Of a stretch of 64,000 nucleotides of DNA, positions 1 to 9,082 are shown piece after piece (position 1 is the stretch's first letter; the number at the start of each line of letters is the position of its first letter). The notes under the pieces were generated by a model. It was not told the DNA's origin, did no database searches, and saw only the letters and a list, made by a program, of their open reading frames with translations. Source of the stretch: Zygnema circumcarinatum SAG 698-1b (lineage: Eukaryota > Plantae > Zygnematophyceae). The stretch lies in NCBI GenBank assembly GCA_037447605.1, contig CM074804.1, positions 4,999,909-5,063,908 on the forward strand, in the 5' to 3' direction. A program made the position numbers and the translations under genes.

Positions 1-324
1 GCTCAGCTTCGCAAAAGTAACCCACAGGTGACGGGCCTGGGCCTACTCTCTCCAATCAATGGGAATCTCGTTAAGCTGCCTTTCGTCCTGCAGGACATGG
101 CAATACCTTTTTTTAGGTGCATGGCTGCCTTCAAATGCGTACGTGAATACGACGACATGCTCACAGGAGAATGTTCCTATTGTTGGCAGGCCTTCCAGAA
201 CATTCTGAAGCGAATGCTGGAAGCAGCAGGTCGCGGGTTCTGGAATGCGGACGAGGAGACCATGCGCAGACTCCGCGACCTTTACGCGGAAATGGATAAC
301 GAGCTCGAGGGGGTGAGGGTGTGA
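1..324 (+). CDS. CHLH: Last two exons (1-27, 190-324) of a Mg-chelatase subunit H / CobN-family protein, probably the CHLH2-type paralog; gene continues upstream of the window
   Basis: Splicing GT at 28 to AG at 188-189 gives AQLRKSNPQ|AFQNILKRMLEAAGRGFWNADEETMRRLRDLYAEMDNELEGVRV*. This matches the ChlH/BchH C-terminal motif NPxAF..ML.EA.GRG.W...L..LY...D..LEG. Confidence 0.85.
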   Translation, partial: AQLRKSNPQVTGLGLLSPINGNLVKLPFVLQDMAIPFFRCMAAFKCVREYDDMLTGECSYCWQAFQNILKRMLEAAGRGFWNADEETMRRLRDLYAEMDNELEGVRV

Positions 325-577
325 GAGCTGCGTTCTGGCTCGCGCAATGCCACGAGGGACATGGGCTTTGTATCATTATGGTTTTTGCTTTGGATTTCTC
401 GCTCTGTAGGAAAGGACCCTTACGCCTTAAAAATATCCTCAGAGAGGTGTTCCGCCTAAGCGGATTGAGGCGTTCATGACACGCAACGTTATGTTGCCGA
501 CGATGTAACATACACACATACATACATACATACATGCGTAGCCGTTGCGTGCATTTGGCTCTGCTTTTGTTCAAGGT

Positions 578-1470
578 CCACGTGGCATCGACCACGTTGT
601 CCGGCCTATGAAAAGTAGGGATGGCCGCGCTTGCGAAACTGAAATTCTAGATTATAAATAATCGATTTTAAATGAGGCGAAAAAGGACCTTTAAACGAAT
701 GAAGTGAAGGGGACGAGAGAGCTGGCCAGTGGAAGAACCGGAAGAGGACGAGGGGGAGGGAGGGACGGCGACGGAGGAAGAAAGCGCGACGTCATTAGGA
801 CGTCACCGAAACATGACGGCATACTGACGTCATCACGCTGTTGCGTCATCGTAACTTGACATGGCGTCATCGTATAATTTTAGGAAAATGATACCCCGTC
901 ACCCCATTTTAAATATCTCGTCCCCCTGATTTGCTTTTTGAGAGACCCAAATAAGGGGTGGAAATGACACTACCCAAAATTAATAATATTACAGCCATCC
1001 CTAATGACCAGTCAGCCCACAGCTGCGCCTCCCTCCCTCTCCCTGCCCTCCCTCCCTCCCTGCCCGGCGGCGGCCCCTCGTCCGGACCCCTCTCCGCGCG
1101 GTCCGCCAAGTGCCCGCGGCCTGCCCGCCCGTTCCCCGTTCCCCGCTCTCCCGTCACGTCGCGTCACTTCACTCATGCGGTCATGCCTCGCGCCGACCTC
1201 CGCCCCGGGAGGGACTCCCGCACCCCGACGCCACGTGGCGCTCGCACTGGTCGCCAGCTGTAGTCCCAACACCGCGGCCCGGCGCTTGCCACGCTCTCCT
1301 GCCGTACCGGACCAGACCGGACCGGACCGCGCGGCCGCGGCGGCGGGGGCGGTCGGTCGGTCATAGGCGCCACTACGGCTTCGGCGCGCGGGGGCGCGCG
1401 CCACGTGGCCGGCGGCAGATTGACATCGATCGTGATTTTGGCCTGCGCGAGTGGGATCGCGCCACGTGGA
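578..1470. promoter_or_regulatory. Cluster of G-box/ABRE palindromes upstream of the fasciclin gene
   Basis: CCACGTGGC at 578, GCCACGTGGC at 1230 and 1400, GCCACGTGG at 1461. Confidence 0.5.
885..975. mobile_element. Truncated, internally deleted copy of the MITE at 56891-57853
   Basis: AAAATGATACCCCGT..AAT A.CTCGTCCCCCT.ATT..TTTTTGAGA resembles ~57017-57075, and AAGGGGTGGAAATGACACTACCC resembles the right terminus at ~57831-57853. Confidence 0.65.
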
Positions 1471-1709
1471 CGCGACAAACGACCCGACCGACACGATCGC
1501 AGAGTCCGTATGGCGGCGCGTTCGGTCCGTTGCGGCGCTCCGGGTGGGTCCTTTGGCCCTTGGGCGGGGGAAAGGGGAAGGGAGGGAGGCCGCGGGGAAG
1601 CAGGGCTACTGCGGAGGAGGAGGAGGCGCAGGGAGGGGTGCATCGCGAGTGCGCGGCGGCAGGCGAGGCGAGGCGAGGGGAGAGGAGAGGAGAGGAGAGG
1701 GTGGAAGCA

Positions 1710-4700
1710 ATGGCCGCCATGGCCCCTGCGCGACAGGCCCTCGCCTGGTGCCTGCTGCTGCTCGCCGCCTCCGCTGTGGGAGTGTCAGCGCGCGGCCACC
1801 ACCGCGCGGCGGCGGCGGCAGTAGTGCTGAGTCCGCGCGCGGCGAGCATCGCGCAGAACTTGAGCGCGTACGACGCGTTCCTCTCGCTGTACCCGGCGGG
1901 CGCGGTGGCCGCGTACCTCGCGGGGCTGCGCAACGCGACCTTCCTCGTCCCCAACAACTTTGCGGTGGGGCTGCTCGCCAACAAGACGGCGGCGGCCGAC
2001 ATCGTGCGGCTTCGCGACAACTGGCTGCTCTACCTCACGCTGCCCGCGCGCCTCACACGCGCTGACTTCTTTGTGAGTGGCGGCTCTGGCAGGACGCGAA
2101 TCCTTTCTCCTGCGTGCTCGCCGCTGCATTGCGTCCTCCCTCCACCCCGCTAACCCTGATGTGAGTGGCGAGGCGTGCGCAGCTGTTCCTGAATAACACG
2201 GTGATCTACCCCTACCCGACGCTGTTCGGCATGCCCCTGTACGGCGAGGCGGTGCTGAACGGCATCTACTTCGTGGGCAGCAACCGCGTGCTTAACAACA
2301 ACGCGTACCTGAACCGCGCGGGCGTGTACAGCGACGCCGCGCTCGTCGTGCACGGCGTGGACAACTACCTCATGCCGCCCAACAACGCGCTCTTCGCCAA
2401 GCCCGCCGCCTTTCCGCCGCCCTTCCAGCCCAGTAAGCCGCCGCGCCCCCGCATCAACTTGCAAAACGTACAACGCAAGATTTGGGACAAGGCACAGTTT
2501 CAGACAGCACGTTGGACGTAGCAACGCCCAGATCCGTGACCGAGGTCGAGGGGTGATTCGGTTTTTTAATTGCTCGGTACTAATAATTTTAATTATAATT
2601 AGGTTTTTTTTCTTTTCCAGAATGTCAATTTTTTCTTTTTTCTTGTTCCAAAGGCCTTTGCGATCCTGGAGCTCCTCCATGATGTGTGCGCGTGCCCCTG
2701 ATCTCGCGGGTTTCGACCTCTGGGCCCCGCAGGTGCTTGCGGCGTCATCCAGGCGGGCTACTCGTATGAGAAAAACACCTACAGGCCGGGGCATGATTAC
2801 TACACCATCGACTTTTCGATCGTGCTCAATGTCTTTCACTGCGCACGGAACTGCACCGCCACGCCCTCCTGTCAAGGTTTCTCCGTTTTACGAAAAACCT
2901 GTTTCTTTAAGAACCGTCTCAGTCGGGCCCGCCCCTACAACGGAATCGACACATATGTCGAGTGCGTGGTGCCGTCGCCGGCGCCGCCACAGCCTCCGCC
3001 GCCGCCACCGTCGCCCCCGCCCCCGCCCTGTGAGGCTCCGGCGCTGCTCCATTGGGGATTGGGGGTTCAGGGGGTCGGTTAGGGCTAGGTGGATGGAGGC
3101 AGGGTTAAGGTTAGGGTTACGTTAGTGTTAGGGTTAGGATTTAGGTAAGGGTCAGGGTTAGAGTGGGGATTAGGGTTAGGGTAAGGGTTAGGTTCGGGTA
3201 GTGTTAGAGTCGTGTTAGGGCTTAGAGTTAGGAGTATGGCTCAGCATCAGGAAGGGTGGGAGTTTAGGGTCGCCGCCAGCGTCATGGAGGGTTAGGTTTG
3301 AGGTTAAAGTTAGAGCTAGGTTTAGCGTTAGGGTAGGGTTCGGGTTAGGTTAAGATTAGGGACAGGTTTAGTGTTAGGGTTAGGGTTCACGTAGGGGTAG
3401 GAATAGGGTTGGGGTTCGGACAGGGTTGAGGGTCTTGTCACAGATTAGGGTAAGGGTCAGGGGTCAGGGTTTAGGGTTAGGGTTAGGGTCAGGGTAGGGC
3501 CAGAGTATGGGGTAAAGGCCAGGGTTAGGATAAGGGTAGGGCTCGGTTTAAGAATGAGGGTCAGGCTCAGCATCAGGAAGGTTAGGGTTAGAGGTCACCG
3601 TTAGGGAGTGTTGGGGCTTAGATTAGGGTTAGGGTTCGTCGGAGGATTAGGGGCTAGGGTAGGATGAGGGTTAGGACTAGAGTTAGGGTAGGGATAGGTT
3701 TAGGGTTAGGAGTTAAAGTTAGGTCTAGGGCCAGGGCCAGGGCCAGGGCTAGGGCTAGGGTTAGGGTTAGGGTTAGGGTTAGGGTTAGGGTTAGGGTTAG
3801 GGTTAGGGTTAGGGTTAGGGTTAGGGTTAGGGTTAGGGTTAGGGTATAGGTTTAGTGTTGGGTTAGAGTTGAGGTGAGGGTTAGGGTTAGCGTCAGAGTT
3901 AGCGTTAGGGAGGGTCAGGGATTAGGTAGGGTCAGGGAAGGGCTAGGGTTCAGGTTAGGGTTAGCGCTAGGGTTTAGGGTTATGACCATGTTGAGGTTGT
4001 GTTCTGAGTTAGTGTTAGGCTTAGGCGCACAGATCTAGTAGTACGTTGGGGGCGGGGTTAGGAATAGGGAGGGGCTCGTGGATTCGTTCTTGATTCGTGT
4101 TGGCTGTCAATGTGTGATGACCTTGCGAGGAGAGCAAAGGAGGGTTCGCCTTTGTTCGTATGCTGATGTCTTCCCCACGTGGAGCTTGTGGTTGTTCTGC
4201 AGTCAAGGGGCAAACGCTGGTGAAGATTCCTTGGTTTTTGGGAATCACGAAAGCCAATGCGAGCAGGATAGTGGAGGAGGGGACCATCGTCTCGTGGGTG
4301 TGGGCTGACAAACTCCGTCACAGCATCCAAGGTGAGGAAAATCTGTAAATCAAAAATCCTGATTCGACAGTAAGTTTGACGATTTTCTTTCTACCTGCGT
4401 GAGATCAGGATTGATAGGGTGTCCCGTCTATTCTTCTACGCGTGGCGAGACAGTCTGTACATGAGAAATGCTAACGTTTTAGTTGTAAAGGAACAATGAA
4501 CACATACTCGCCTTTACTCATGAGATGAAGTGCAGAACCCTCAAATTCTTCGCTGCTCCCTAGTCTGCATCATTTCCTCGTTCGTCCTGGCGAGAGGCTC
4601 GTCCGTCACAAGTAGTGGAGGGTCTATTGCAGCAAGTCGCCAAGTCGGGCAGCTTCGGAGGGTCCTTCCTTTGACTCGCTGCGGGCGCTGTGCAGATATG

Positions 4701-6350
4701 AACACAACTCGCAACCTTTTTGTTGGACCGGGGGGTGGTCTCAACTTGGTGTCTGCGCCGTTCGTATTCAACTACACCTTCACCAAAGCGGGAATCTTCT
4801 ACTACAATGACGGAGCGTACAGTCTGAACATGCAAGGCATTATCACTGTGAAAGGTGGGCCTGAACTCCTTTCGCTCCAGAAAAACTTGCCCAAAAAATT
4901 AGTCAAAATTGTCAACTTTCCGATTCTGCTCTGCTGGAGGCACGAATTGAAGGGAGACAACTGATTCTGTATATGTTGTGTCGACGCGCAAACCTGTTTG
5001 AGACTTTCATCGATTTCTCAAAATCTGAAGTCCTCCTGGGTGTTGAGCTACCATGTGGCCAGCCTCAATTGATCCTTCAACTTCAGTCCAATCCAGCTTT
5101 TACCTCAAGATTCTGAGGGAAAGCCATTTATAAATGTAGAAAATTCCCAAACCCTTGGGACTCCACACGACGAGAGAGGTCTATCTCCGCAGACTTGGAG
5201 CACTCCTAGAGTTTTGGCTGTTTCTCAGCCTGAGCTGTTGGGTACTGCGAATAGTTTAGCGTAAACGTTAAACCTTCATTATCGCCTTTTTCTAGGGCTG
5301 GACCCTTTCTGCCTTAAAGGTAGATTCTATAATTGCGGCATCTTTGCATGTACCATGCAGGCGAGGGCCTTCCTGCCGTAACTGCATTCCATTCTTCGCT
5401 TCTCTTTGCCACCCCATCCCCCTTTTCCCAGCCATCCTTTATTTCTCCTTTCAGTAAGTAGGCTCACCTTAAACCCTGCAATAGAGAATCAAGCATTTAT
5501 AAACTACACTTCTCTCCCCATTCCATTCATTATCCATCTCAAACTTTTTTCCCTTCTCGATGACATTACTCTAAAGATATCGTCTATCACATTCGCTCAT
5601 GGACGTGCAGAGTGGATTCGTCACTGGTTAGAGCTCGGAGGTCCTGAATCCGTCGGCTTTAGTCGTATTAGAACTGTTGCGTTACCTTTTTTGGGGTTTC
5701 TTTGGAAACCTGAAAATTGTATGGCTCTGCGAGACATACAATGGAATGTCCTGGAACATATCCTTATCCTTATGGTTGCAGAACATACCTGCATAGGATA
5801 ACCCTAAGGGAAAAAGCGACGCTTGTTTATCTATCCATAATCGTAAATACAGCGGTTTCCCCATGTGTATGGTTTTCCTGTGTTCTAAATGCAACCTTTC
5901 TCTCTACTGCAAGCGAGAAAAATGTAAAACACTCTGATAAAAATTATTTGACTTGGTCTTCTGTTAGTTGATGTCCAGCTCACACTGCTCTGTTGCGGGT
6001 TTTCTTTGTGTTGGGAGGGCCCTATATCACTGCTCCATCTCTGCTGATCTTCGCCGCATTCGCTATCTTCCTCTCCTTCGCCTTCTTTCTCGGTACATAT
6101 GTTGGCAGGCGCTACTTCGCCCTCCTGTCAAAAGCCTCTAGCAGGATTCCGACGTGAACTCAACACCAACCGGCCGGGATATGACTACAGCATCTTCACA
6201 AGCAGGAAAAGGGGAAACTGTGCGGCGGCCTGCTTGCCTGATAGCAAGTGCCTTGGCTTCCTCGTGTATCAGAGCAAGTGCTATTTGAAGTATGCCTTGT
6301 CGGCAGCGAGGTTCCTTTTTGATGCGGAGATGTATGTGAAATGCGAATAG
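1710..6350 (+). CDS. Secreted mosaic protein, 479 aa: signal peptide - FAS1 (fasciclin) - PAN/apple - Pro-rich (SPPPP) - cupredoxin-like - PAN/apple. Exons 1710-2072, 2183-2432, 2733-3029, 4203-4331, 4696-4854, 6109-6350
   Basis: All junctions are GT-AG and in phase; the exons sum to 1440 nt ending in TAG. Motifs: signal peptide (ALAWCLLLLAASAVGVSA); FAS1 H1-like TFLVPNNFA and H2 VHGVDNYLMP; PAN1 NTYRPGHDY..CARNCTATPSCQGFS....CFFKN; cupredoxin VEEGTIVSWVWADKLRHSI..FNYTFTKAGIFYY..MQGIITV; PAN2 NTNRPGYDY..CAAACLPDSKCLGF....CYLK. Confidence 0.85.
3052..4070 (+). repeat. Intronic interstitial telomere-like array: degenerate (TTAGGG)n with a perfect 14-unit core at 3761-3844
   Basis: Directly visible. 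Variants TCAGGG, CTAGGG, CCAGGG, TTAGGA and TTAGAG flank the perfect core. The array lies inside intron 3 (3030-4202) of the mosaic gene. Confidence 0.95.
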
Positions 6351-7405
6351 AGGCACCCTGCTGCCTGAGCAGGTGTGTTACTCCGCTCATCCTGAATCCC
6401 TGAAGCTGTCAGGGGAAGACAGGTTTGGACTGTTCTAGGCATATGCATCAGAAAATTGTCGTTATCTTTTCTGTGAAGTCTGCACTCTACAGGACAGTGG
6501 ACCCTTTATTGTGATTGCAGATTTTGAATCGCCAGAGCAAGGCACAGGAACTTTACTGACGTCTCCGTGGAAGTGTGACAGCAGGTAATCTCGACTCTGT
6601 GGTCATCAATCGGGGAGAACCTATTTTTCGACAATTATGTTTTTGGAGGTTATTGGGGTATGGGTATTGTACGAACCGAAGCTCGGCCATGGATACAAAT
6701 CAACTGATGCGTCAACTGATGAATGGCATGGCCATGGCCATAGCCGCATGTTATGTCTCAATGGCTGCAGAGCTCTATTTAGGGTTGAGCCCCAGAGCGT
6801 GCGTGCTCCTGCAGGGCTCTGGCATTCAACCGACTGCTTCTCGCAGGAAGTAATTCCTTCCTGCGAGAGCAGGGATAAAAGGTAATTTGGCTTTGCTGGT
6901 CATCTTTTTTTCTGACGGGATTAGAAAATGGGAGAAAGCAACTGCTATTGCGGTTTTATGGGTTGGCGTTGAGGAGTTCCACCGGGTGAAAGGTGGAAGG
7001 GGGGTCGTGTGGACGGTTTATTAGAGTCAGGAGCACACTGAAAAGAGGCTTTTGACGAACTCTAGCTCCAGAAACGTTTGCACGTTTTTGGAAATGTTGA
7101 TTGTTTTACAATAAACGCTGATTCATAACTGTGGTTCTTTTTCACGAAGAAAGTGATTGACGCGTTTGCAGTTTCTTATTTTTGATTGTCGTCATTTAGC
7201 AAGTATCTCTCGTCCACCGTCCGCATGGCGTCTAGAGTCTAAACATGGGCGAACTCGTACGGATAAAGTGGCCCAACACGCGGACCGAGCACTCATTATC
7301 ACGTCCCTGCATCGTTTGTAACTCATCCAGCGCATGATTTGCGATCACATGCGTACCACCACAAGAACTGAACGAGCCCGAACTGACATTGGTTCTAGAA
7401 TATGT

Positions 7406-7985
7406 CTTTGTCCATGAATTTGCCGTGGTCCATGGACGTCTAATGGCATCGCCGTCACGAGGTCAGTGTCCATTTTTTCTCTTTTCGGTCTGAACCCTCA
7501 CCGCACAGCTGTAAACGCGACACCGCACTACAGCAGTGCGAAACGGGCCATGGATGGCGAGCTGCACTGGTGGGTGGCTGAACAGGAAACCCGAGGGGGG
7601 GTTCTCGTCGTCTCCATGAAGCCCTTCGATGGCTTGGCCATTGTCAGATCAATGCCAAGCCACCATACCTTCTGGGTGGGTCTAGGGTCTAGACTATAGA
7701 GCACGCCTCTGTAAATAAGTACATTTTACTAGTTGCACTTATTTAACTTTCTGAGTCCAAAAGAGGGATGGACTTGGCGTTGGTCTCACGATGGCGAGGC
7801 CATCAAATGTACATGGCCAAAAGTTAACATGGAGAACCAATAGGAAACCAGTCTCAAATGACCTATGAGATTTCTCCTCATTGCTTTTTCTCTTGGTCTT
7901 AGGTTCTTAGAGACTAGTTCCCCGCGTCTCTCCTATTTTGTCCATGTACATTTAATGGCATCGCCATTGTGAGATCAATGCCACA
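7406..7985. repeat. Cluster of 4 partial copies of a ~170-bp dispersed hairpin repeat (about 7406-7470 +, 7600-7657 +, 7776-7870 -, 7890-7985 +)
   Basis: Shared core TTTTGTCCATGTACATTTGATGGC-NTC-GCCATCGTGAGATCAATGCC, also present at ~24790, ~32760, ~33280 and ~33450. Confidence 0.75.
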
Positions 7986-9082
7986 CCATTTCTCCTATGG
8001 ACGAAGCAAAAAGCCATGGGCGGAACTAATCAGTGGCGCAAAAGATAAAAAGATGTGGGCAAGAGGAGTACGGTACATTGTTTTTGAGTATTTTTGAATA
8101 CTCATTTAGCCATGTCATGTTAATTTGGGATGCCACGTCATGAGTCATGTACGCCATTGGCTGGGAGACTCTGCAACGCGTGCGACGATTGGCCAGGACG
8201 AAGAGGACGCGCGCTGAAGCCTGCTCAAGGCTTGCGGCCGCCATGGCGCCGTTGCCCGCGAGCTTTTCACTCAGAAACCGTGAGCGTTTGCGGCAGTGGG
8301 GGTGACAGACGGCTTGCAAAAGCTTTCAGGAACACAAAGGCATGCGAGTCAGAATGTAAACAACTCTCGCCCTGTCCCCGTCTCTCGCGACCTCTCCGTG
8401 GCAGAGAGAGAGAGAGGGAGTTGGCGCGTCGTCCGTAACCAATCGGCGTCGTGCTGACTCGTACCGTATACGAGTTTGGCCGGCGGCAACAGTAGTCGCA
8501 TCGATCGAAATTTATATACAGTACGGGTTATGAAAGAGAAAAGATGTGGCATCCGCGAAAAGAAAAGAAACAAGCGAAAAGAGCGCCCTCTACATATGTG
8601 TCGACGTAGCCGAGTGAGCGCGATCGGTAGACGACCCTTGATTGACTGCAGAATGCTGGCTGCTGTAGCACGAACAGCCGGAGCTACCGTAGCGCGCGTC
8701 GCGTACGGGAAAGAGGGTGGGACCGTTGGGTGGGGAGAGGGAGAGATGAGGGGGCGGAGAGGAGAGGAGGAAATGGAATTGAAACCGAAAAAGGCATGGA
8801 TGCCGGCCTCAGAAGCATGCTTCAAGACAGTTATGTTGTTGTGGCTTTGGTCCAAAATTTAGGCTTCGTAGCACTTACTGCCCGATACCCAGCTAGCTCT
8901 CTGTCAGGTGACCTCATATATACCTCTCTTCACTGCGTAGATGCAGACTTTCGTCCTACCTCGATTTTACCTTTTCTAGCTGAATGCTGTCCCCATCTGG
9001 GAAATGCGGTTGGCGACACCTTCGTAAGACGCTATGTCGATCTAGAGGTGCTATGTCAGTCGAGAAAGGCGTACGACCAGCT

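Noticed and set aside
509-535. (CATA)n microsatellite
   Set aside because: Short, ordinary 3'-flank microsatellite.
909-2153. Many long overlapping ORFs on both strands
   Set aside because: They are a by-product of very high GC content. Only the frame from ATG 1710 has a signal peptide and FAS1 motifs.
3664-3849. ORF encoding (RV)n
   Set aside because: It is simply the translation of TTAGGG repeats inside an intron.
3052-4070. True chromosome end or scaffold mis-join
   Set aside because: Exons on both sides join in phase into one coherent protein. Long-read confirmation is still advisable.
6351-6900. Extra coding exons or a small gene after the PAN2 stop
   Set aside because: Splice-like sites exist but I found no coherent frame or motif; probably 3' UTR.
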